Shown here piece after piece: positions 12,601 to 24,302 of a stretch of 64,000 nucleotides of DNA. The stretch's first letter is position 1. Each line of letters starts with the position of its first letter. Source of the DNA: Laetmonice hystrix (taxonomy: Eukaryota); NCBI GenBank assembly GCA_965235115.1, contig OZ249436.1:27218001-27282000 (forward strand). Reading direction: 5' to 3'. Under the pieces are notes generated by a model that was not told the DNA's origin, ran no database searches, and saw only the letters and a program-made list of their open reading frames with translations. Both the position numbers and the translations under genes were made by a program.

Positions 12601-14695
12601 GGCCCGCGTGGGCTGACTTCTACCGGCACGCGGTGGCGTCTGTCCCGTCTGGCAGGCACGGCCCCGTGTCGCTGTGGTGAGAGCGACTCACCTCAGGTAA
12701 TGACTTCAGGCAAAATTGATGGTCAGGCAGCTGCGAAGCCCGTTGATTCAGGCTTGCCATTATGCCATATCCATGCGCGAGTTTTGCCTGAGCGCTCACT
12801 TAGTGAACGAGACTATAGTATAGACAGACCGGTCTGTCTAGTCCCGGCGTTGGTGATAGTGATTAGGCTGACGAACTATGCACCATCACAATGTCACTCC
12901 TCACAGGAAACTGGGTCAATTTAGTTCTATGAATCTGCCTAGTATATATGTCAGTAAGTTCTCATAATGTGTTCTTGCATATAAATTTGAGTTTAGTGGC
13001 ATTACGTAAGTGGTTTTCACTGAAGTTTTGGGGTTGTCAGGACTTTTCATTACATTTGTGGATCAGTGCAGGTGTCCTGATAAGACCGGAAGTGACAATT
13101 TTCACAACAACATGAGTGGCACATGGACACACGGGCTGAACCACTCGACTCAGCAAAGCCTGTATTGCTTGGCTGAGAGCCGCTGAGGGTCGTGACTGCT
13201 GAGGGTCAAGACTGATGGACAGCCTGTGTGGTCAGTCTAACACATGGAAGCTGTTTGACAACGTAATCGGTTGCATTTTGGACGCTAAAAGCCGACTGGA
13301 TTCCAATGTTGGAGAGAGACGGCAGAGCCAGGCAGAGGTTGACAGTGAGTGACAGGCAAGCAACAGCCTTGAACAGGGGCATGGACTGATGAGTGATGGA
13401 GTCTATCCAGCAAATTTGCAGGGGTGGGGGGTTGACGGGGTGGGGGTGGGTGGGGGGGGGGGGGTGGCGACTAAATACTGAGGGCTAGGCCCTATAATAT
13501 ATAATAGCTAGGAGGCCTTATCGGATCATGATTGTCTGCTGTTCCTAGCCGGACTTTTTTTAAGGGGGGGGGGGGGTAAGCCTTGGATGTGCGCATGAAC
13601 AAATATTAATTATGGACATTGGCCCCCGCCGCTTCCCCCCGGTCAGAATTTCAGGAAATTTTACAGCTGGCCACTTTCATCCCTGAATAATGGTCTGGGC
13701 ATCATTTAAAACGGGAATTAGGTTCCGATCAAGAAGATTCCTCAATTTCAAATCTGCAGCTATAGACTCTATCCGTAATATCCATCTGTCAATCTCGATC
13801 TATCTGAAATGGGTGAATGAAATAGAGTCTGGGGTTTCGATGTTTCATTAACCTCCCCCCCCCCCCTTTAAAGAGCCACTTTAACTCATGTGCAAACTGA
13901 GACAAAATGTGACACGTGCGACAGCCGCCTGTTGCCGCCAAAAACGGCAATTCTGCTAGGGCCTATAATATGATAGTTTAGCTAGTGATGCGTACCAAAC
14001 CTTGAAAAACCCATGTTTTTTTAAACAATCCATCACAAGCATACGTTTTGACATGTGGTCGGATAGCGGGAAAGAGACTCACTCTATGAGCACGTGGAAA
14101 TGAATGGGCAATAAAGAATAAATAACGTTTTGAACTTGCCACTTATTTGTTCTGTATACCTCTTCTGCATTGTCGAGTCATTCATTATCGGGTCAGACCC
14201 ATTTGTAAATGGGACACACTTTGCCACGTTTTGGCATTCACAGATGGGTTGCCCATTTGCAAATGGGCAACCCATCTGTGAATTCATTATTGGGTGAGAC
14301 CCATTTGCAAATGGGTCAGATTCACAGATGGCGCGTAACATATTCATTTAAACGGATATAGCAAGTATCCACCAATGACATACAATCAGTATCCCGATCG
14401 TAGCTCTGATGTTATGAATACGTTGGCCTAAATCTTTGGTATGGCAATGGCCGTTAATCTGAGAAAAGTGTATCTGAATTTGTGAAAGGAAACGACGTTC
14501 CGATGACAACGTTGACGTCCTTGAGGTGTCGGGCCTGGAAGGCAGAGTTCGTCCTGTGATGTTGTTATTTATTGTTTACAGGGGGCCACTGCAGCAGTCA
14601 TGGCCTGTAATATGTTTCTCGCCAAACCCGGCGGTCTGCTAGTACCCAGCCCTGCTCCTCCGGCTCAACCAGACGCCCAAGTCAAGTCATCCTGA
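9642..14695 (+). CDS. CAMK4: Ca2+/calmodulin-dependent protein kinase IV-like, 3' four exons (5' exons upstream of window)
   Basis: GT-AG exons 9642-9717 (APEILVGKKYGPAVDMWSVGVITYIL), 9837-9954 (LCGYEPFY...WGDVSENAK), 10131-10289 (DFIRKLM...HPWV...NARRKMK), 14582-14695 (GATAAVMAC...KSS*). Phases are consistent. AATAAA at 14791. Closer to CaMKIV than CaMKI by eye. Confidence 0.85.
11672..14340. mobile_element. Non-autonomous TIR element with TGT...ACA ends and 4-bp TSD (Ginger-like), in kinase intron
   Basis: ~84-bp TIR TGTTACGCGCCATCTGTGAATCTGACCC... with 1 mismatch. TSD TATT at 11668-11671 and 14341-14344. Internal palindrome GACCCATTTGCAAATGGGTC and ~90-bp subterminal repeats at 11820-12115. 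Confidence 0.75.
12234..13685. mobile_element. hAT-like TIR element with 6-bp TSD nested in the Ginger-like element
   Basis: TIR CAGGGATGAAAGT / ACTTTCATCCCTG; TSD AATAAT on both sides. Internal GC-richer sequence is not confidently translatable. Confidence 0.7.
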
Positions 14696-15348
14696 AATGC
14701 TTCATGGAATAGGTCCGCCGTGTGGGAGGCAGCCTTTTTTTATTGATACCATTTTCTTTTTGAGCTTGTCAATAGATTATGTCTGGTGTGAATAAAGAAC
14801 AGATAGAAGTTATGTGTGTGTGTGTGGGGGGGGCAGATTCTGCGCTATAGCCCTACTGCACAGCGAGACTGAACAGCACAATAATGTAACCCTTCACAAA
14901 CCTTGCACATCATTCAGTCTATCGAATGAGTCGATAAAACTAATGTTGAATCAGTCTATAATGTGCGGCCCCTAGATTGATTTTTACCCCGTACATTATC
15001 TTGATTTCAAGGAAGACTGCTGACCAACGCAACAAATCTACGTATCGGTATCGACTAAATACATTTTCTGCCAATTTTTCAAAACCGCAGGAGAATTACT
15101 TTATTATTTACATATATTTGTATAAAAACAAACGAGTAGAATGTGTGGTTATGTGTGGAGTTTTGCTCTCTTGTTGTTTTATTATTTTGTGTAGACCATA
15201 TACCTTGAAGTGCCTTGATACTAGAAACATGTGCCGTGGTATTATCTGTTGTCCTTAATTCTCACATCTCATGATTATTGCATACATTGGTTTTTGATAA
15301 TGTTTACTGTAAAAATACCCCCTTGATACTGAACTGGTGGGTCCTGAT

Positions 15349-15451
15349 ACGCCATCTACTGGTGTTCCCAGGCAATCACGGACGTGGTGATGGCGGTTAA
15401 CCTTCTCGGGTCCAATGGCCGGCAGGAGATAGCCTCCCCGCTAGAGGGCGC
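15349..15451. promoter_or_regulatory. Divergent pair of CTCF-like motifs between the convergent CAMK4-like and SORD genes
   Basis: CCAGTAGATGGCG on - strand (15349-15362) and CCGCTAGAGGGCGC on + strand (15438-15451). Both fit CCASYAGRKGGCR. Motif match only. Confidence 0.5.
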
Positions 15452-16940
15452 GTGTGTCCAAAACCTAGCCGAGAATCAGGAGGAAGAATCTTGAACTCGC
15501 GGTCGGCTTCCGTCCACTGAACTGAATTATATTATTCGTTACTTGTTAAAATAGCCACAGTGAAATTAGTTAAAGCTCGTACTATTACGTCATGCCTTAT
15601 TACCTACTGTGAGGTGCACTGCAGTGAAATTATTGACGTTGAAAAATTACGGTTATCATGTCTTTGAAACTACATGTATACTTCTAAGGCCTATTGTAAT
15701 GCAACGTAAACTGCTAATAACTTAATTTGTGTCTAGTTTCTAAAGTCCAGTGTACTGATTTAATATACACAGGAGACGTTGCAGTCATGGTTAGATGAGA
15801 GCTTTCTAACAGCATTAGAAGTTTGTATCATTGACTTTAGTTGATGTACATGATTTTGTAAGACAATGCTTCATTTTTCACGAAGCTGGCTCGGGCACGA
15901 AACTGAAGCATTCAAAAATCACGTTTTAGTGTTTCATTAAATTCAGCAAGACTTTCATATTGGGAAAAGTTCAAGACAGGTTTTCTCAATATATCATTTG
16001 TCTTCGATATGACCATCATCCTGATAGGACGCGCCTATATACAAAATGTATACAATTAAAGACTGAGAGCTTATGTGTCAAAAAGGAAACTGAAAGAACT
16101 GCTGTCATTTTTTTTTATAATTGCATGCAAACCTACGCATACAGCTGTTAGAAAAATATGTGTTACGGACTGTGGGACCGATAAGCTACATGAAGTTAAG
16201 AATTCGTTACGTGTAGTATTAGTGCTCTTCCACGTTATATCTATATTACAGTATATATTGCAGTAGATATAGTACAAGGTGAACCCTTTTTGTTCCGTAG
16301 TGTACTGCTGCATGTATATTGCTATAGATTTAGAAACAATTGCAAACGGTGTAAAATAATTTTTTTCTAGTCTTGAGCATGTTTACCGATCAGAATGTAC
16401 ACTAGTCGTTCGGAATAAACTGTATTTACAATAATTATTATGGTGTATTCGCTTTTTGAATAAGAAAATGGTTGGATAGCTTTCATAAATAAAAACAAAT
16501 GGTATGATATGCAAGTACATCGCCGTACTTTCTTTTTAATCGTATACATTATAAGAGCACCATGAGTGGAACTGCACCGACATGTTATCAAATCCTCAAT
16601 TTAAACAGTGCATTCCAAATATGCACCGTTCCTGTGTAATTCGGCAAACGATTATATAAATGAGTATTACATCTAGAATGTAAGCGAGCGACCCCGTGTT
16701 TGGTTGGTGTTACGGTTAGGGTTGCACCATGGAGACATAGACAGTTCCACGTAGGTTTACCACTTCAGGCGTTGAACGAATCGAGTATATTGTGAGGAAT
16801 ACGTATTGGGAGCATTCGCCCTGGAATTATTCACACTTCTTATAAAAATATATTTCTGGATTGTCGTGTTGATTCTGCCTCAATATAAAAGACGTAATAA
16901 AGCCCTAGCTAAAGTCATTCGTGGAAACGGTTTAAATGAC

Positions 16941-19367
16941 CCACAGAGACTGATAGATTATAAGGGTTAGTCCCCATGGTAACTTCTCCACAAACTCGGG
17001 TGTGGTTACGGTTAGGGGCAGCACCACGTAGACTGATAGATTATAAGGGTTAGTCCACCATGGTAACTTCCCCACAAACTCGGGTGTGGTTGGGGTTACG
17101 GTTAGGGGCAGCACCACGGAGACTGATAGATTATAAGGGTTAGTCCCCATGGTAACTTCCCCACAAACTCGGGTGTGGTTGGGGTTACGGTTAGGGGCAG
17201 CACCACGGAGACTGATAGATTATAAGGGTTAGTCCCCATGGTAACTTCCCCACAAACTCGGGTGTGGTTGCGGTTAGGGGCAGCACCAAGGAGACTGATA
17301 GATTATAAGGGTTAGTCCCCATGGTAACTTCCCCACAAACTCGGGTGTGGTTGGTGTTACGGTTAGGGGCAGCACCACGGAGACTGATAGATTATAAGGG
17401 TAACCCATGGTAAGTTCCCCACAAACTCGGGTATGGTTGGGGTTACGGTTAGGGGCAGCACCACGGAGACTGATAGATTATAAGGGTTAGTCCCCATGGT
17501 AACTTCCCCACAAACTCGGGTGTGGTTGGGGTTACGGTTAGGGGCAGCACCAAGGAAACTGATAGATTATAAGGGTTAGTCCCCCATGGTAACTTCCCCA
17601 CAAACTCGGGTGTGGTTGGTGTTAGGGGCAGCACCAAGGAAACTGATAGATTATAAGGGTTAGTCCCCATGGTAACTTCCCCACAAACTCGGGTGTGGTT
17701 GCGGTTAGGGGCAGCACCAAGGAAACTGATAGATTATAAGGGTTAGTCCCCATGGTAACTTCTCCACAAACTCGGGTGTGGTTGGGGTTACGGTTAGGGG
17801 CAGCACCAAGGAAACTGATAGATTATAAGGGTTAGTCCCCATGGTAACTTCCCCACAAACTCGGGTGTGGTTGGTGTTAGGGGCAGCACCAAGGAAACTG
17901 ATAGATTATAAGGGTTAGTCCCCATGGTAACTTCCCCACAAACTCGGGTGTGGTTGCGGTTAGGGGCAGCACCAAGGAAACTGATAGATTATAAGGGTTA
18001 GTCCCCATGGTAACTTCTCCACAAACTCGGGTGTGGTTGGGGTTACGGTTAGGGGCAGCACCAAGGAAACTGATAGATTATAAGGGTTAGTCCCCATGGT
18101 AACTTCCCCACAAACTCGGGTGTGGTTGGGGTTAGGGGCAGCACCACGGAGACTGATAGATTATAAGGGTTAGTCCCCATGGTAACTTCCCCACAAACTC
18201 GGGTGTGGTTGGGGTTACGGTTAGGGGCAGCACCACGGAGACTGATAGATTATAAGGGTAACCCATGGTAACTTCCCCACAAACTCGGGTATGGTTGGGG
18301 TTACGGTTAGGGGCAGCACCACGGAGACTGATAGATTATAATGGTTAGTCCCCATGGTAACTTCCCCACAAACTCGGGTGTGGTTGCGGTTAGGGGCAGC
18401 ACCACGGAGACTGATAGATTATAAGGGTTAGTCCCCATGGTAACTTCCCCACAAACTCGGGTGTGGTTGGGGTTACGGTTAGGGGCAGCACCACGGAGAC
18501 TGATAGATTATAAGGGTTAGTCCCCATGGTAACTTCTCCACAAACTCGGGTGTGGTTGGGGTTAGGGGCAGCACCACGGAGACTGATAGATTATAAGGGT
18601 TAGTCCCCATGGTAACTTCTCCACAAACTCGGGTGTGGTTGGGGTTACGGTTAGGGGCAGCACCAAGCAGACTGATAGATTATAAGGGTTAGTCCCCATG
18701 GTAACTTCTCCACAAACTCGGGTGTGGTTGGGGTTACGGTTAGGGGCAGCACCACGGAGACTGATAGATTATAAGGGTTAGTCCCCCATGGTAACTTCCC
18801 CACAAACTCGGGTGTAGTTGGGGTTAGGGGCAGCACCACGGAGACTGATAGATTATAAGGGTTAGTCCCCCATGGTAACTTCCCCACAAACTCGGGTGTG
18901 GTTGGTGTTACGGTTAGGGGCAGCACCAAAGAAACTGATAGATTATAAGGGTTAGTCCCCATGGTAACTTCCCCACAAACTCGGGTGTGGTTGGTGTTAC
19001 GGTTAGGGGCAGCACCAAGGAAACTGATAGATTATAAGGGTTAGTCCCCATGGTAACTTCCCCACAAACTCGGGTGTGGTTGCGGTTAGGGGCAGCACCA
19101 AAGAGACTGATAGATTATAAGGGTTAGTCCCCCATGGTAACTTCCCCACAAACTCGGGTGTGGTTGGGGTTGCGGTTAGGGGCAGCACCAAAGAGACTGA
19201 TAGATTATAAGGGTTAGTCCCCATGGTAACTTCCCCACAAACTCGGGTGTGGTTGCGGTTAGGGGCAGCACCACGGAGACTGATAGATTATAAGGGTTAG
19301 TCCCCATGGTAACTTCCCCACAAACTCGGGTGTGGTTGGGGTTAGGAGCAGCACCAAGGAGACTGAT
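16941..19367. repeat. Minisatellite, ~28-29 units of 83 or 89 bp, immediately downstream of the SORD stop
   Basis: Unit GTTAGGGGCAGCACCACGGAGACTGATAGATTATAAGGGTTAGTCCCCATGGTAACTTCCCCACAAACTCGGGTGTGGTT+(GCG|GGG|GGGGTTACG). I counted 28 CAGCACC cores plus a partial first unit. Confidence 0.97.
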
Positions 19368-19523
19368 CGATTTCCCACCAAATTCTATAAGGATTTTACC
19401 ACAGTAGGGTACTCTGTGATTATACCACGAGGTTAACTACACCATTGGAATGCGGATGCGCTTCCCCTACACTCCCCACTTCCACCTCTGACCATAGCCG
19501 GGAATCGGTTAGCAACTTCACGA

Positions 19524-22500
19524 TCAGCCGTCCCTCACACAGGAGATCATCACTTTGATGGCTCCTCCAGCCCCAGTCCGAGCCGTCTCGAACGCCTCCA
19601 GGGTCTGCTCCAGCTTGAAGTGGTGTGTAATCAGGGCCTTGGCGTTCACCTTGCCCGTGGCAATCATGGCCAGGGCCGTTGGGTACCTGCATTTACAAAC
19701 AACCAGATAGAGAAGAAAGTCGATTGATGTAGTGTGGCACTAAAGCTCCCTAAACTAAAGGAATACACGTTGTACCAATTTGAGACTGGTTTTTCCTTCT
19801 TTTCCCCAATGAAAAAAACCTCCGGGAACACGAACGTTTATTACTCACGTATTGGCGTATCTAAAAATTCCACGGATATCAACTTCTCGAACGGCGGCAT
19901 TGACGATTGGCAGTTTGACTTCAGCAGGACCGAGTCCGACGAGCACCATCATCCCACCACTCTTGGTTGCCTGGCGAGTTAAAGTCACCATGGGGTAATG
20001 TATGTGTGGAACAAAATAACAAATGTCCGTGGCTGGACAGGTAACAAAAAGATGGGATATTACGCAGTAGATTTCTTGGTCATAGGTCAGACCATGAAGG
20101 TATTCAAATAGGCGTATCAAGTCTGACTAAAACCATCCAATGATGTCGATCTCTCTATACAGTAATTAATACGTACATAAATGCCAGTTTGGATGCTCGA
20201 TTCAGCTCCACTACATTCAATGGTAATATCGGGCATGCAGCCAAGGGTTTGTTCCACTGTGGTCGCTGTGGCTTTGGCATCCTTACTGTCCACATGGACG
20301 GTGTGATCAGCACCCAGCTCCTTGGCAACCTTAAGGCGGTGCTCAGAAATATCTGTAAACGTTTGGAAACTCTATGGCTTAATCCTTAAAAAATCTAGTA
20401 GATATTACTTAGGATTAATCTAGCTTGCTTTGTTGAAATATGCAAAATATAATTATTATGGAGAGCATATTTGTATCACAACGTCTTCTATCAAAATGGA
20501 ATACAGTAACAATAACATTTAACCTTGATTCTTAAAAGAAGTACTTGAATGAAAAAAACAGAATACATGTATTACTAATATAGACTTGATGGAAAGATCA
20601 CAAGGTCCTTTTCCCGTTCATTCTTATATAGAATATTTTCCAAATCTGACATTCCCTGTCCACTTGATTGCGTTATCTCCTGGCGGCCGTATGACCTGAG
20701 AGACTGACCTGTGATGATGACCTCGGCTGCTCCCATGGCCTTGGCCGTCATCATTGACACCAAGCCGATTGGTCCTGCCCCACACACTAGCACCCTATTA
20801 CCGAGGGTAACTCCGGCCCGGCGGCAGGCGTGGACGCCTACCGACAGCGGCTCCAGCAGGGCTCCCTCCTCGTAACTAACGTGGTCGGGTAACCTGAAAT
20901 CACCGGTCAGTTACAGGTGGTCTGTACAATGTATTGGCTAAATAAAGTACGGCCGGCCAATCGTTATTGTTGATTCTGTTTGCATTCATACTAAAGTGGA
21001 AATGGTGATCTATAGGCCTACCATCAAATTGAAAACACAAAACCCAACTTTCGAATTCATATACAATATTTCTGTTGTTTTCTATAGAAAGCAGCTATTA
21101 ACAACTTGACAATTAACATGTATATTAACAATATACATGAGCAGAGTTGTCTCACTTGAAACAGAAGTCGGCAGTGTGTACAATGAGGCGGGCCAGGCTG
21201 CCGTGGTAGGGCGGGGTGGCATGGAAGGCGATGTCGGGACAAAGGTTGTACCTCCCGCCTTTACAAAAGTCACACCGTCGGCATGGAATTCCCGGCTCCA
21301 TGGCAACCCTGTCTCCTGGCGTGTAGAAAGTACTCGCATACATGACACACTGGGAGCACGCGTATAGGAAATATATAAAACACTGGCAAAGGCGAAAGCT
21401 TTACAATACCGCGTAGGCATATATAGTAGGCCTGATATAGCATAGAGAGGGGGTAGGGTCTACACGGGAACACGCATACTATAATAGGCCTCGAACGCCA
21501 AATTGTGGATACATGTAGGCCTACGTATAATACATGTATAGGCAAAGGTAGTTCTACGAGTATGTCCAACCTTGTGCGACTTGGCATATAAAAGAGTAGG
21601 GGATTGCCTCCCGGTGGCGGGTTTCTTCCCTACTTCATGCTCATCATCACTCCCCTGGACGAGGGGGTGGGGGAGGATAGGTCCCATGACCCTGAACACG
21701 ACTGACTGCCGACTGCATGGGCCTCAACGCCCATATAAATCACTAGTTTTCATGACGAATAATGGAATAATGGTACTTATCTATATATTCATAAATTACA
21801 CGTGTGTGATTTTTTTAGGGAGACACGTGTGTGGTTTTTTGTGATGTGTTTTTTAGGGGAGATAGAAGGAACCGATCTCCACTGTGCACGGGCATCAGGC
21901 TAACCCAGTTCACTCTAAGAATATCCGGAAGGAGGAAAATTTGATAAACTAAGATTAGATATGGATAGGCTCCTATCGAGGAGGCCGAGCACTAACATAG
22001 CATGACCTCAGTCATGCACCAGAACCCTGGCTGGGAATCTGCACCAGAATATTTCAGTGTCAAACCTGTATAGTGTCAATGTCTGGAATCTACCCCACTG
22101 GCGTATCCAGAAAGGGGGGGTCCGAAGTTTAGGTACTTCAGAGATGGCCATTAGCCATGCTCCTCTGGGAAATTAAAAAAAACGACATCAAATAATGCAA
22201 TCTCAGGGCATCTTGTGTGGAAATATGAAGATTTCCTTTGGTTAAGAGCATGCATTTCAGTCCTTTTTTTAATACAAAAATGTCCTTAATATAGTCATTT
22301 TTCCAATGGGGGGGGGGGGGGGGAAGAGTCTGGGAGACTTGGAACCCCTCCTGGATACGCTACTGTACCCCTACACCGCCGGTCAGTGGACTTGATGGAT
22401 ATTTACCAGGCTTGAGGTGGGTGACTCCCTCTCCAACCTTAGTGACCTGACCTGAGGCTTCATGACCCAGGACCATGGGTGCGTTCACCACGAAGTCCCC

Positions 22501-23559
22501 AATCCGCCCGTTCACCAAGTAGTGAACATCAGAACCACATATCCCGACTGAGTGCATGGCAATCTGGACCTCTAAAAGAGAAAAAATAATATTATTATTA
22601 CGTTATACGGAGTAGGGCGGAATTGCAGCAGATGATCTACGATTCCTGTCCATATGGAAATAAATTATTGTGAACCCTTAGAAAATAAGCATAAATGTCC
22701 ATGTTTCCACGCAAGGCAACATCAAAACACTTAAGGAATCGGAATTCTGTACATATTTCCCTGTCAGGTACCAGTAAATGAAAACTATTTATAGAATTTC
22801 TTTACTTACCACCGGGGCCCGGTTCTGGTATAGGGCGTTCTTCCTGTTATAGTCATTAAAAAGGTAAATTTACTTTTACAAACATGTCTCTTTGCCAAGA
22901 CGTTTTATTCATTTGTTTCTAATAATATTAAATAACATTTACCACTAATAACATAAATAAGGATTTCTTTTTTACTGCACTGTTTCCCTTTATGCGTTGC
23001 AATACACAAAGCTGAAAAATTTCAGGCTTTTCGGGGGAATTGAAGCAGGGGCTATAGCATCGAGGTTAGCATTTTGGAAAGAAATTAAGCAAGAAACCCT
23101 TTGAGAGTGACTTTGGAGGGTGCAAATGTATTGATTTTTAAGTAATGGTAATAATGTGGCTTAGATTTGTTTTCTGCCCACACTATTGACCCCCACCGAC
23201 CCCTTTACAGTAACTGGGCCAAAGGTCATGAATGTGTGCCAAACCGCACCACCCAGTTGACACGGCGAACCACCCCTATCATTGGATATAGGCCTACTCG
23301 ATCGTATCTGCACGGAGCTGCCAGAGGCCCTGTAATGCTGCATGCTTTCAAGGGATGAAACGACATAGGCATAGCCTGCTAGTGCTATATAGATACAAAG
23401 ACCAGTGTCGTAACCATGGTAGGTTGAGTGTGCCTTCAGTTCCCTGCAGCCGGGTACACACAACGCTTACCCATCGACCTGCTGGAAACGCCAGTCTATA
23501 CATACCAATCGGAGATCTCCCTTCTTGCGAAGGACGGCAGAGAGGTTGGCGTCTGTCAT
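19524..23559 (-). CDS. SORD: Sorbitol dehydrogenase, complete, 8 exons, 352 aa
   Basis: Exons (-): 23559-23506, 22843-22810, 22571-22407, 21315-21156, 20893-20709, 20352-20177, 19970-19849, 19686-19524. Total 1059 nt, all GT-AG and in phase. Motifs [21 protein letters not shown]...C, GAGPIG, GIFRYAN. Confidence 0.97.
22096..22365. mobile_element. hAT-like MITE, 5-bp TSD, in SORD intron 3; same family as 63085-63370
   Basis: Ends CACTGGCGTATCCAG / CTGGATACGCTACTG; TSD TACCC. Confidence 0.85.
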
Positions 23560-24302
23560 CTTGGAGCTGGTCGTCACAGAAAGACTCGACCCTCGGCTTG
23601 ACGACTCTGGCCTGATGACAAGCGTTCGACTGACCCTTGAACCGACCCAGTTTGTCGAGCCCTGCCTCGTTTCAATGTCACGAGGGGACTCGCGATTGGC
23701 GTATCGTATCACAGCGATAAGTTATGTGCACGAACCCCAGGGAAGCCAGATAAATTACCGAGGTCAAAAGCTTGCAAGCAACAAAATGTTGAATGGAATA
23801 CCTCCATGGATGCGAGATGTGCCCCCATTAAGTAATAACAGAACCCTTTAAAATCCATGTTTATGGATGTTCAGGGGGGGGGGGGGGGGTTATTATTGTT
23901 CCAGGCCACACCTCTCCCCATCCCAGCCAAAGTAATTTACTAGGCTTGTGGCAAGTTTTATCATAATTATGTAGTATAGTAGTAGGTAGAATCTCTGAGG
24001 GATTTTTCTACATAATTACATCCAGGGACAGGCCTCAGGGACAAGGGTGATTCCAGGGTAATTGGGAGATTTTCTTCAATGAGCAATAGAACTACATACT
24101 TCCAGTGGAGCAGGACCCTGTATATACCTCGATATATTAAAGAATGTTTTGATTTCATTTTCTTTAATAAACACAGACATACATAATAGCATATATACAT
24201 AATAGCTAATAAAGCATCAAAATAACTGATGCAGTTTGCTAAATAACGTTTCCCATCATGATGCCTCAAGCCATCTGACAAGATCTGTTGTTACAATGTC
24301 GG

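Noticed and set aside
16941-19367. CRISPR-like array, or short MGTNPYNL ORFs
   Set aside because: No unique spacers and a eukaryotic context. The ORFs are by-products of the repeat.
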